Shown in pieces: positions 34,371 through 43,825 of a stretch of 64,000 nt of DNA. The first letter of the stretch is position 1, and each line of letters starts with the position of its first letter. Origin of the DNA: Patescibacteria group bacterium (GTDB taxonomy: Bacteria; Patescibacteriota; Patescibacteriia; Buchananbacterales; GWA2-38-13); assembly GCA_028712155.1 (NCBI GenBank), contig JAQTQO010000003.1, positions 2,309-66,308 of the forward strand, given 5' to 3'. Below the pieces are notes generated by a model that did not search any database, was not told the DNA's origin, and worked only from the letters and a program-made list of their open reading frames with translations. The position numbers were made by a program, and so were the translations under genes.

Positions 34371-36167
34371 ATGATTATGGAGAAAAAGGATTCCGGTACT
34401 TCTTCGGTAGGATCGTCCGTTCTCCGAATGCTCTATCGCCACCGGACCGGGCTGGCGCTGATCGCTCTGTTCGCGCTGGCGGCGCTGTTGCGATTTCCCA
34501 ACCTCACACAGCACGATGTGATTGACGACGAAGCTTTGATGGCGTTCCGCAGCATCGGCTGGCTGGATACCTGGTTTGGCAGCATGCAGACGCCGGTGGA
34601 TCTTTTCGACACCGAACAATGGTGGCAGAAGTTTTCGTTCCATGATCATCCGCCGCTGCTGTTTTTTGTCGAGCACCAATTTTTTCAAATGTTTGGGCCG
34701 ACGGTTTTCGCCCTGCGCTTGCCGTTCGCGATCGCCGGCATGGTGTCGGTGTATTTAGCGTATCTGCTCGGACGCGAAATGGCGGGCCGGCGGTTCGGAC
34801 TGCTGACGGCGGCGGTCATCTCGGTGGCGAATTTTGCCGTCTGGCTGTCGCGCGCCGGATTCCAAGAGGGGATTTTGCAGGTGTGGCTGCTGCTGGCGCT
34901 GTGGTTTTTCCTCCGCTCGATAAAAAATCCCACGTATTGCCTGGGGGTCGGTGCGGCGATGGGGTTGGCGCTGCTGACAAAATATTCCTCGATCGTGCTT
35001 GTCCCCGTCATCCTGGGCGGGTATGCGGTACTGAAGCCGTCGGTGCTGCGCTCCGTCTTCGCCGCCGCGGGGGCCGGAATATGTCTGGTGCTGTTTTCGC
35101 CGGTCATCGTTTACAACGCCATGCTGTTTTTCACGCGCGGCCATTTCGACGCGACCTTGTGGGCCATGCTGGGGCAGCAGCATCCGGATTTCTGGAGCGA
35201 TTACCATGCGTATAGCTCGTGGTCGAATTTTTTGAACTGGTGGCACTGGATGCCGGACGGACTGGGGTTGCTGTTACTCGGCTTGGCCGGTTTTGGCGGC
35301 ATAGTTTTTGCTCTGGGTTTATGGCGGCGTCCGTTATCGCCGGTGGCGTTTGCCCCGCCGGCGCGCTGGACGATTTTGAGCCTGGTGTTTTCGGTCGGCA
35401 TTTTCTTGTGCCTGTCGCCGGGACGAAAACAGTACGTGGCGCTTGCCATCGTGCCGGTCGCACTCGTGGCGGCCCTCGCACTTGCGTACCTGAGCCGGTT
35501 ACGGTATGGCACAGTCATCGTTAGCATGCTGCTCCTGGTGCTGGGCGGCATAACGTTCAATACGCAAGTGCTGGCGCGACCGGTGGGAACCGCGGGGTTG
35601 AGTTATTTGCCGCTCCGGCCGACGTCGTATGCGTACCAGAAGCTGGATGCGTATTTGGACAGCGTTTTTGCCGGAAAAGACCCGGCGTACGCCACCACTG
35701 CCGATAAACAGCTGAAAGCGTACCTGCAGCGTCGCGCGAAAGAGCGCTTCGGGGTTGATAATCCGGTGTTTCGTTCCCGCCCGCCGTACGTGATATTCGA
35801 TCCGCGGATGGATTTTGCCGCCGTGCGTTGGACCATGTACCGGCGCGACGTGTATCTTTTACAGCCGGCGATGATGATGGAAAAGCTGACCGAAGTTGCC
35901 CGTTTGCATGGCGTCGCATACATCGAACAAGCGGGTTTCCGGGATTTCCGCATGATTTTTGTTGAGCCCGAACTGCTTCAACGGTACGGAGTGGCCGATA
36001 ATGACCGGTCGCCGGCCTGGTACATGCGCAAGAAGTTGGATGCCATGGGGGAAGCGCCGGAGACGACGATCGCCGATATCAATGGGACGCCGGCGTTCGC
36101 GGTGTACCGCGTCAGTCAGGTGAGTCCGCTGCTGGGCCCCTGGGATAAAGCAAAAAACGCCGAGTAG
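34371..36167 (+). CDS. GT-C glycosyltransferase, family 39-like (PMT/ArnT-type)
   Basis: Polytopic N-terminal domain with 'DDEALMAFRS' and 'HPPLLFF' GT39-type loops plus a large C-terminal periplasmic domain. Confidence 0.65.
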   Translation: MIMEKKDSGTSSVGSSVLRMLYRHRTGLALIALFALAALLRFPNLTQHDVIDDEALMAFRSIGWLDTWFGSMQTPVDLFDTEQWWQKFSFHDHPPLLFFVEHQFFQMFGPTVFALRLPFAIAGMVSVYLAYLLGREMAGRRFGLLTAAVISVANFAVWLSRAGFQEGILQVWLLLALWFFLRSIKNPTYCLGVGAAMGLALLTKYSSIVLVPVILGGYAVLKPSVLRSVFAAAGAGICLVLFSPVIVYNAMLFFTRGHFDATLWAMLGQQHPDFWSDYHAYSSWSNFLNWWHWMPDGLGLLLLGLAGFGGIVFALGLWRRPLSPVAFAPPARWTILSLVFSVGIFLCLSPGRKQYVALAIVPVALVAALALAYLSRLRYGTVIVSMLLLVLGGITFNTQVLARPVGTAGLSYLPLRPTSYAYQKLDAYLDSVFAGKDPAYATTADKQLKAYLQRRAKERFGVDNPVFRSRPPYVIFDPRMDFAAVRWTMYRRDVYLLQPAMMMEKLTEVARLHGVAYIEQAGFRDFRMIFVEPELLQRYGVADNDRSPAWYMRKKLDAMGEAPETTIADINGTPAFAVYRVSQVSPLLGPWDKAKNAE

Positions 36168-36206
36168 CAGCGGCGTGGTTCCGATGGGGGCTGGGTTAAT
36201 GGGTGA

Positions 36207-37676
36207 TCATTTTGTCGCATCGTGCGACGGCAGGTTTGCCTTCGGCGCGGGACGGGTCAGGATGAGGTACCGTTCTTCAGCCAGCTGAGCGGCGTACCCC
36301 AATTCCTGGGTGTAGCGATCGAGGTACTGTTGAAATTCTTCCGGTGAGTCAAAACCGGTGTTGTCCCAAAGATCGGCAACGATGATATCGGGAGCGGCGA
36401 TTGGTTCGGTACTCACCATCCAAATTTCACCCCGGTGAGTGAGGTGCGGCACGAGGTTGGAGGAAGCTGCCACGGCGGCATTCGCGGGCAAGGCATCGCG
36501 GATGGTGGCCAGCGCCACGGCGCGTTCGTCGGGTCGGAACTGCGCCCACGGGTACATTTTCAATCCCGCCGGTGACCACCAGAGAAATGCCGCCAGGCTT
36601 GTCCCGAGTGCGGCGTACCGGAGCAGACGTTGCTGGCGCGGCGCCCGGCGGGCGATCGCACGCCATCCAGCCGTGACGCCATACAGTAGGAACGGGATGA
36701 GAATGGCGTCGTACTGGTAGGAATTTTCAAATTGCGGGCCGTAGTCGGTCAAAAGGTTCTGGCTCAACCCCGGGATGAGCATCACGAGCGTTGCCGGTGC
36801 GGCGAGCGGAAAGAACGCGAGCGGCGAGAACAGCCGTCCCAGGTAACGGAGCTTGGCCGGGCGCGTGACGGTTTCCCAAACAAGGGCCGGCTGCGTCAGG
36901 ACGGTGCGGGCGATCGCCGGCGGCGTGGCACCGAGATTGGCATAGCGGTCCAGCCGATAAATTTTTCCGCCCAGTGCGGGCATGAAAATTTTTGCGACGA
37001 GCAGAAAGTAAATGAGACTCGATCCCAGTACCATTACACCGAAGCGCCGGTGCGATGGTTGCGTCAGGATAAAGTATGCGCCCGCCCCGGCGACGGCCAG
37101 CACCATGTTCTCGGCGGTGCCGGCGGCCAGTGCCAGTGCGATGGCGGCGCCGATGGCATGGCCGCGGTCGAGCAGCGCAAACGCCCAGAGGAATGCCGGA
37201 ATCGCAAAGGCGACTTCGTGAAAGTCAAACAGGTTGAGCCAATGCAGCGGCGGGTAGAAGAGGTAAGCGGCCACAATGACCCACGCGGTAGCCCGGTTCA
37301 ACCATCGGGTCGCCAGCAGGTAGAGGGGAATGACGGCGCTGCCGAGCGCGACGCTCTGCAGCACCAAAAGCATCTCCGGTCCGGGCGCGATCGCGTAGAA
37401 CGGCAGCAGCAGGAAAAGGAACGGGCTGAAGTGCACCGAAAGGTGATTGACGTTTTCAAAGGTGTTGAACATCACCCGTCCGTGCAGCGTATTCCAGAAC
37501 GATTGTTCAAAAATTCCCAAGTCCCAGGTCTGCGTGTAAAACGCCAGATGGCGCGCGATCGAAAGCGCAGAAAAGACCGCCGCATACACCGCCGCCACAG
37601 CCAAAACCATCCCGTACCGTTGCAAGACCCGGCCGACGGGAAGTCGGAAACGAATGAGGCGATGGTTTTCGGTCAT
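36207..37676 (-). CDS. DUF2079-like polytopic membrane protein (putative GT-C-fold glycosyltransferase)
   Basis: 489 aa with at least 11 TM and 'TWDLGIFEQ' / 'HFSP' motifs recalled for DUF2079. Confidence 0.55.
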   Translation of the reverse strand: MTENHRLIRFRLPVGRVLQRYGMVLAVAAVYAAVFSALSIARHLAFYTQTWDLGIFEQSFWNTLHGRVMFNTFENVNHLSVHFSPFLFLLLPFYAIAPGPEMLLVLQSVALGSAVIPLYLLATRWLNRATAWVIVAAYLFYPPLHWLNLFDFHEVAFAIPAFLWAFALLDRGHAIGAAIALALAAGTAENMVLAVAGAGAYFILTQPSHRRFGVMVLGSSLIYFLLVAKIFMPALGGKIYRLDRYANLGATPPAIARTVLTQPALVWETVTRPAKLRYLGRLFSPLAFFPLAAPATLVMLIPGLSQNLLTDYGPQFENSYQYDAILIPFLLYGVTAGWRAIARRAPRQQRLLRYAALGTSLAAFLWWSPAGLKMYPWAQFRPDERAVALATIRDALPANAAVAASSNLVPHLTHRGEIWMVSTEPIAAPDIIVADLWDNTGFDSPEEFQQYLDRYTQELGYAAQLAEERYLILTRPAPKANLPSHDATK

Positions 37677-37804
37677 ACGGCTGCCCGCGACGCGTCACTA
37701 CCGGCGGTATAAGCATACCATAGCGGAAGCCGGGAAATCGCGGGGAACGGCCGCCGGCCTGCCTTGCCATTTGCTTGGTAATAGTATATCGTAAAGTGTG
37801 ACGT

Positions 37805-38233
37805 ATGCGGTTTCGGAGAAAAACAATTGCGTTGATTACCGTGGGTGTATTGGGGATGGCGGTCCTGGGTGTTTTGGATATGCGCGCGAATTCCATGGAA
37901 CCGATTTCCTCCAGCTGCCTCGCCAGCCTGGTGACCAAAGAGCCCTGTCATGACGCGGCGCCGTTGGGCATGGTGCGCTTTCATTTGGATGCCTACCGGG
38001 TGCTTGTGAACGCCGTGGTCATGACCGGTCTGACGCTGGCGTTCGGATTTTTGGCGTTCGGTTGGTTATTGCGGTGGTTGGCGATCGGTGCGGCTGCGGT
38101 GGACGCAGCCCGCATCCCGGTGCGTCCGCCGCCGTGGAGCCCACACCGCGCGGTCAGGCCATGGAGAATCCAGCGGCGGTTTTGTCGTTGGATCGCGTTG
38201 CACGAACGTTGCGATGCCGTCGCTTGCGCGTAG
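37805..38233 (+). CDS. hypothetical small membrane protein (low confidence)
   Basis: ORF in a 650-nt gap with two hydrophobic helices; no SD. Confidence 0.25.
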   Translation: MRFRRKTIALITVGVLGMAVLGVLDMRANSMEPISSSCLASLVTKEPCHDAAPLGMVRFHLDAYRVLVNAVVMTGLTLAFGFLAFGWLLRWLAIGAAAVDAARIPVRPPPWSPHRAVRPWRIQRRFCRWIALHERCDAVACA

Positions 38234-38338
38234 CTTCTCCTGACCGGGTTAAAATACCCGGTGCGGATGCGTTCATTGCCGGGAGAAGCTGTGCCGTGCG
38301 TCGGATTTTTTTGTTCCGGTTAATCATTGCTTTCCCGT

Positions 38339-39136
38339 ATGTTTCGTAAAACGCAGATCGTCCTGTTTGTTGCCGCGGCGTTCGCAGTTTTGGTCCTGGT
38401 TCTGCGGTTCGGAAATGTCTCCCACTCCCTCTGGGTCGGGAGTGCCCCGTCGTGCACGACCTGGCTGCTCCCGCTGGTCATCGTTGCGGCGCTGGTGGAC
38501 AGCTTCAATCCGTGCGCATTTTCGGTGCTGCTTTTGAGCATCGCGTTCCTCTTCAGTATCGGCCGATTGCGCCGGCACGTTTTTGCGCTCGGGATTACCT
38601 ACATCCTCGGGCTGTACATCGTGTACCTCCTGCTCGGCCTGGGTCTCCTCAGGGCGATGTCGTTATTCGGCGCCCCGCACCTCCTCTCCCGGCTGGGGGC
38701 GGCGCTGCTGATCGGCCTCGGGGTATTGGACCTCATCAATTACTGGTTCCCGCGTTTCCCCGTGAAACTGAAAATCCCGAGTGCCAGCCACCACGTGATG
38801 GGCAAGCTCGTGGATCGCGTGTCGTTCCCCGCCTTCTTTCTGCTCGGCGCCGTCGTGGGATTGTTCGAGTTTCCGTGCACCGGCGGTCCGTACTCCGCCA
38901 TTCTCATGCTGCTCAACGAGTGCCAAACGTTTGCCACCGCGTACTGGCGGGGGATGGGGTACTTGTTGCTGTACAATTTGCTGTTCGTTTCACCGCTCGT
39001 GGTGATCCTGCTGGTCGCCAGCGACCGCGGCTTACTGGAGAAATTCTCCGCCTGGCAGAAACGCCACCAGCAGCAGATGCGATTACTGACCGGGTTGGCA
39101 TTGCTGGCGATCGGTTTGCTCATTTTCGTCGCTTAA
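38339..39136 (+). CDS. ccdA: cytochrome c-type biogenesis / thiol:disulfide interchange membrane protein CcdA (DsbD-like)
   Basis: 'DSFNPCAFSVLL' and second Cys 'FPCTGGP' in a 6-TM core. Confidence 0.85.
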   Translation: MFRKTQIVLFVAAAFAVLVLVLRFGNVSHSLWVGSAPSCTTWLLPLVIVAALVDSFNPCAFSVLLLSIAFLFSIGRLRRHVFALGITYILGLYIVYLLLGLGLLRAMSLFGAPHLLSRLGAALLIGLGVLDLINYWFPRFPVKLKIPSASHHVMGKLVDRVSFPAFFLLGAVVGLFEFPCTGGPYSAILMLLNECQTFATAYWRGMGYLLLYNLLFVSPLVVILLVASDRGLLEKFSAWQKRHQQQMRLLTGLALLAIGLLIFVA

Positions 39137-39165
39137 ATAAATTTAATCATAAGTTTTACTGACGT

Positions 39166-39675
39166 ATGCCAGAGTTACCTCAACTCAAAGAACTCTTCGA
39201 AGCCACCAAGCGCCTGGTGGCGGAAAAAAAGCTCGATCTTTCCTCGGATGAAGATTTGAGCCTGGCGGTCATGAATCTCGTGAGCATCGAGGAGCACCTC
39301 GTATTCTCGGGGTCAAAGACCAGCGCGCGTGAATACTACGACCTCATCGGCCCCGTCCGTGAGCTTCGCAAAACCTACCTCAAGCAGTTGCTGCCGGATT
39401 ACGAAGGCGAGGTGTGGTGCATCTGCAAGCATTTGCTGGCCGCTTCGATGCGGCTGATCGAAGTCGGCACCAAGCGCCAGGAGAAAGATCCCCAGGCGGC
39501 GCAGGCTTGTTTTCAGCACGCGTTCACCCTCTATTCGTATTTCTGGACGCTGAAACTCAAGATGGCAACGGGCAAGACGTTGGGCGGAAAAACTACGGCA
39601 CCCCAAGCGCCAACCCCCAAGCAAAAAGCCGTCGAAGAATTCCTGGCGAAACTGGTAGATTGCTGCGGAGAGTAA
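39166..39675 (+). CDS. hypothetical protein
   Basis: 169-aa ORF wedged between ccdA and the thioredoxin-like gene (start 1 nt after its stop), implying operon membership. Confidence 0.5.
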   Translation: MPELPQLKELFEATKRLVAEKKLDLSSDEDLSLAVMNLVSIEEHLVFSGSKTSAREYYDLIGPVRELRKTYLKQLLPDYEGEVWCICKHLLAASMRLIEVGTKRQEKDPQAAQACFQHAFTLYSYFWTLKLKMATGKTLGGKTTAPQAPTPKQKAVEEFLAKLVDCCGE

Positions 39676-40059
39676 GTGCTACGATCTATGTTGAAAAAAT
39701 CAATCATGGGTTTTACGGTGCTGGCATTGGGCGGGGTGTGGCTGAGCGGGTGTACGGTTCCGACCAACTCCGCCGGCAATATCAACCCGTCGGCGTTGGC
39801 GGCGTGCTTGTCGCAGCGCAAAGTAACGATGTACGGTGCGGCGTGGTGCTCGCACTGCCAGGCGCAAAAGCAGATGTTCGGCACGTCGACGTCCGCGTTG
39901 CTGTACGTCGAGTGCCCGGATAATCCCCAGCGCTGCATCCAGGCGGGCATCGAGTCATACCCGACGTGGGTGCTGCCCGATGGCCGCAAGCTGGTCGGTG
40001 AACAGTCATTGGAAGTTCTTGCCCGCGAGAGCGGATGTGAAGCCGAGGTGCAGCAGTAA
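39676..40059 (+). CDS. thioredoxin-like lipoprotein (CxxC)
   Basis: Lipobox 'LSGC', active site 'WCSHC'; 127 aa. Confidence 0.7.
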   Translation: MLRSMLKKSIMGFTVLALGGVWLSGCTVPTNSAGNINPSALAACLSQRKVTMYGAAWCSHCQAQKQMFGTSTSALLYVECPDNPQRCIQAGIESYPTWVLPDGRKLVGEQSLEVLARESGCEAEVQQ

Positions 40060-40070
40060 TCCATCGTCTT

Positions 40071-41462
40071 ATGGGGAAGAAGGTGTGCATCATCAATCCA
40101 AATCTTTCCTCTTCCCGGCGCACGGTGATGCAGGCCCGCCACCGCCCTCCGCTGGATTTGGCCTATATCGCATCGCTGTTGCGGGGTGATTTTGACGTCC
40201 GTTTGGTGGATGCACAAGTGGAAGGGATGGACATATCTGAAATGGCCGGCGTGGTGCGGCAGTACGCGCCCGACCTGCTGATTACCACGACCACGCCGGT
40301 CAACCGGTGGGAGTGTCCGCAGTCCTACGTGGATTCTTTTTTCGTTTGGCTGAACGCGGTGGGGCAGCTGCCGTCTCGACCCGTGATCATCGTGACGGGG
40401 ACGCACGGCACGACGCAGCCCGATTGGCTGCTGAAGAAATGTCCGAGCATCGATTACGTGGTGCGCGGCGAGCCCGAACGCACGAGTACCGCGCTGGTGC
40501 GGGCGCTTGCCGCAGGCGGTGACGGCGCATCGGTGGCGGGCGTGTCCTACCGCGAAGGCGCGCGGTTCGTGCATAACCCGCCGGCACCGCGGATTACCGA
40601 TCCCGATGCACTGCCGTTTCCGGCGTACGACCTGCTGCCGATGGCAAAATACCGCTACACGTTCGGCGACATCCCGCAACCCTTTTCCATCGTGCTGGCC
40701 AGCCGCGGCTGCCCATTTAGCTGCACGTTCTGCTGCCGCGCGATGATGGAGGGCGCGCACGTGTCGCGCAGTCCCGAAAACGTGTACGCCGAGCTTAAAT
40801 TGTTGGCCGAGCGTTTCGGCGTGCGCGGCGTATTTTTCCAGGACTGGGAATTCACCATCAACAAGCCGTTCGTGACGGCGCTGACGGAGCTGCTGAAGCA
40901 TGACCCGTTGGGTATCGTCTGGGGATGCAATGCGCGGGCGAACGATTTCCGCGTGCCCGGTTTGTTCGAGCAGATGAAGTCCGCCGGGTGCGTGCGCGTG
41001 AATATCGGCTTTGAATCCGGCTCCCCGGAGGTATTGGAAGCGGTCAAAAAACGGGTGACCGTGGATGATCTGGCGCTGGCGATTACCGTTAGCCGAAAGC
41101 TCGGGCTGAAGCTCGGGATGTACGCACTGCTGAACGCGCCAGGGGAAACCGCCGCGACGATCCGCCAGACGATGCAGTTTTTGCGAAAGCAGGGAATTTC
41201 CGCCATGAACTTCAACGTCGTGGTGCCGTACTTCGGTACGGACATCAACCGGGAATTGCTCGCCCAGCTTGGGCCCGAGGCCGCCAAGCGCGTGTCGTGG
41301 GACAACATTGAAGATTATGCCGGCCGTGTGCGTACGCAACTTCCGCCCAAACTGGCCAAGCTCTACCAGCGCCACGTAAAATTTTCGCTGCGGTACGGCC
41401 GCGGGTACATATTCCGTTGGCGATTTTTGCGGGATGCAATTACCCGGTTTTCCAAAGCGTGA
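40071..41462 (+). CDS. B12-binding domain-containing radical SAM protein
   Basis: N-terminal cobalamin-binding Rossmann and radical SAM 'SRGCPFSCTFCC'; 463 aa. Confidence 0.85.
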   Translation: MGKKVCIINPNLSSSRRTVMQARHRPPLDLAYIASLLRGDFDVRLVDAQVEGMDISEMAGVVRQYAPDLLITTTTPVNRWECPQSYVDSFFVWLNAVGQLPSRPVIIVTGTHGTTQPDWLLKKCPSIDYVVRGEPERTSTALVRALAAGGDGASVAGVSYREGARFVHNPPAPRITDPDALPFPAYDLLPMAKYRYTFGDIPQPFSIVLASRGCPFSCTFCCRAMMEGAHVSRSPENVYAELKLLAERFGVRGVFFQDWEFTINKPFVTALTELLKHDPLGIVWGCNARANDFRVPGLFEQMKSAGCVRVNIGFESGSPEVLEAVKKRVTVDDLALAITVSRKLGLKLGMYALLNAPGETAATIRQTMQFLRKQGISAMNFNVVVPYFGTDINRELLAQLGPEAAKRVSWDNIEDYAGRVRTQLPPKLAKLYQRHVKFSLRYGRGYIFRWRFLRDAITRFSKA

Positions 41463-41569
41463 CGCGCCGGCGCGCGGTTTTCGCCGGCGATGGCTTTTTG
41501 GTGACGGGAAAGTCGGGACGAACACGGCGGAGTGCCGTAAACCGAGGATTAGCTGACTCGGGTAGATTA

Positions 41570-41578
41570 TGGTATAAT
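41570..41578 (+). promoter_or_regulatory. extended -10 promoter (TGgTATAAT) of the pilus operon
   Basis: Perfect TATAAT at 41573-78 with upstream TG; 27 nt before the response regulator ATG. Confidence 0.55.
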
Positions 41579-41605
41579 TAGATGCAAGAATAATCGCAAA
41601 TATTT

Positions 41606-42037
41606 ATGCCCAAAGGCTCAAAAAAGAACGCCGCTGCATTGAAAGCAGCCACATCCGCTCGGCCTAAGCAAAGCGGTTCCGTTCTCATTATCGAAGATGA
41701 TGAATTTTTGGCCAAAATGATCGCGCGGGTGCTGGAGGGCGAAGGATTGCAATGCGAGCTGGCCGGCAACGGCCGGGAAGGGCTGCGGAAAGCACAATCC
41801 GTCAAGCCGAAGCTGATCATCCTTGACGTGATTTTGCCCGACCTGGACGGGTTTTCGATCTTGGGCAAACTCAAGGCGGCCAAAGCCACCAGTCGGATTC
41901 CGGTCGTCATCGTATCCAACCTTGGGCAGGAGGAAGACGTGCAGCAGGGGCTGCAACTTGGGGCGAAGGATTACATCGTCAAGAGCGACCTGAGCCTTGA
42001 TGCCATGGTGGCTAAGGTGAAAAAATACCTGAAATAA
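41606..42037 (+). CDS. response regulator receiver (CheY-like, single domain)
   Basis: 'VLIIEDDEF', phospho-acceptor 'LIILDVILPDLDG', 'KDYIVKS'. Confidence 0.85.
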   Translation: MPKGSKKNAAALKAATSARPKQSGSVLIIEDDEFLAKMIARVLEGEGLQCELAGNGREGLRKAQSVKPKLIILDVILPDLDGFSILGKLKAAKATSRIPVVIVSNLGQEEDVQQGLQLGAKDYIVKSDLSLDAMVAKVKKYLK

Positions 42038-42058
42038 GAATTTGCCGCATTCCGTTGT

Positions 42059-43753
42059 ATGCATTTATCCGACGAGCAACTCAAAGACGTCCTGATCTCC
42101 AGCAAGCTCATACCGGCCAAAGAGGTGAACGCGGCGTATGCGAAAGCGGCCGCGCAGGACGTGCCGTTTCGCGAGGTGTTGCTCAACGACGACCTCATCA
42201 CCGATGAACATCTCGGCCGGATCACCGCCGAACAGACCGGCGTACCGTTCGTCAATTTGCGCAAGATGCAGATTGGCGACGAGGTGCTGCGGCTGATCCC
42301 CGAAGTGGTCGCCAAGAGCCGGCGGGTCATTGCGCTCAAGCGCGACGCCAACGGCGTGACGGTCGCGATGGCCGATCCCGATGACATGGAAACCGTCGCG
42401 CTGGTGCAGAAGCACACCGGGGAAATGGTGTCCGTAGTGTTTGCGACCGCCCGCGATATTCTCGGCACGCTGGGGCGTTACCGGCACGGCTTGCGGGAAG
42501 ATTTCGCCGAGGCGATGCAGCGCGCCGCGGCGGAGGTGAAAACAGCCTCCCGCCGGACCACCGATCAGGATGAGACGACGGTCGTTTCCATTGTCGAACA
42601 GCTGCTCACGTACGCCTACGATAATAAGGCGTCGGATGTGCACCTGGAACCCCAGCGGACGGCGGTGGCGGTCCGGTTCCGGATTGACGGGGTGCTGCAC
42701 GACGTCGTGGATTTTCCCAAGGCCATTCACGAGCAGATCGTCTCGCGGATTAAGGTGCTGTCGCGTTTGCGGACCGATGAGCACGCCGCGGCCCAGGACG
42801 GAAAATTCCGTTTCACGGTTCCCGATGAGGACGTGGACGTGCGCGTTTCGATTCTGCCGATTGCCGCCGGCGAGAAAGTGGTGCTGCGGTTGCTGTCTTC
42901 CAAACAGCGCCAGTTCAGCCTGGAGGACCTCGGGTTCGGCGCGGCCGACCTCGGGAAAGTCAAACGGGCATTCAGCAAACCCTACGGCATGGTATTGGCC
43001 ACCGGCCCGACGGGCTGCGGCAAAACCACCACGCTCTACGCGATTTTAAAAATTCTCAACACGCGGGAGATCAACATTTCCACGATCGAGGATCCGATCG
43101 AGTATGAGGTGGCGGGCGTGAATCAGATCCAGGTCAACCCGAAAACGAACCTGACGTTTGCCGCCGGGTTGCGCAGTATCCTGCGCCAGGATCCCGACGT
43201 GATCATGGTCGGCGAAATCCGGGACGATGAAGCCGCCGGCATCGCCGTCAATTCGGCCATGACCGGCCACCTGGTGCTGTCGACGCTCCATACCAACGAC
43301 GCCGCGACCGCCCTGCCGCGCCTGTTCGATCTGAAAGTCGAGCCGTTCCTCATCGCCAGCACGGTCAATGTGATCGTGGCACAGCGTCTGGTGCGCCGCA
43401 TCTGCAGTCAGTGTTTGGTGAGCTATCTTGTGAAACCGACGGAGCTGGCCACGATGCTGAGCCCCACGGTAGTGCAGCGGCATTTCGGCAAAGGGCGCAA
43501 GTCGGTGCGCCTCTACCGCGGCAAGGGATGCAAAGTGTGCGGCGGGAGCGGGTATCACGGCCGGGTCGGCATTTTTGAAGTGCTCGAAGTGTCGGAATCC
43601 GTGCGCCAGCTGATCATGGAGCACACGAATGCGGATCGCATCAAGGCGCAAGCGGTGGCCGAAGGCATGCGCACCATGTTCGATGACGGTATCACCAAAG
43701 CCATCGAGGGCCAGACGACGATCGACGAGGTCATGCGCGCGACGCAGGAATGA
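42059..43753 (+). CDS. pilB: type IV pilus / type II secretion assembly ATPase (PilB/GspE)
   Basis: N-terminal GspE_N domain, Walker A 'GPTGCGKTTTLYA', tetracysteine 'CSQC...CKVCGGSGYHGR'. Confidence 0.9.
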   Translation: MHLSDEQLKDVLISSKLIPAKEVNAAYAKAAAQDVPFREVLLNDDLITDEHLGRITAEQTGVPFVNLRKMQIGDEVLRLIPEVVAKSRRVIALKRDANGVTVAMADPDDMETVALVQKHTGEMVSVVFATARDILGTLGRYRHGLREDFAEAMQRAAAEVKTASRRTTDQDETTVVSIVEQLLTYAYDNKASDVHLEPQRTAVAVRFRIDGVLHDVVDFPKAIHEQIVSRIKVLSRLRTDEHAAAQDGKFRFTVPDEDVDVRVSILPIAAGEKVVLRLLSSKQRQFSLEDLGFGAADLGKVKRAFSKPYGMVLATGPTGCGKTTTLYAILKILNTREINISTIEDPIEYEVAGVNQIQVNPKTNLTFAAGLRSILRQDPDVIMVGEIRDDEAAGIAVNSAMTGHLVLSTLHTNDAATALPRLFDLKVEPFLIASTVNVIVAQRLVRRICSQCLVSYLVKPTELATMLSPTVVQRHFGKGRKSVRLYRGKGCKVCGGSGYHGRVGIFEVLEVSESVRQLIMEHTNADRIKAQAVAEGMRTMFDDGITKAIEGQTTIDEVMRATQE

Positions 43754-43825
43754 GCGCGGCGAACGGAAATGAACAGCGCTGCGCGTTAAAAAATAAATAC
43801 ACTTTTAAAAGAAAACGTTTCGGGT

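Noticed and set aside
39531-41525. 664-aa minus-strand ORF
   Set aside because: Arg/His-rich, low-complexity translation antisense to the thioredoxin-like and B12 radical SAM genes, which have clear motifs. It is a typical GC-rich shadow ORF.
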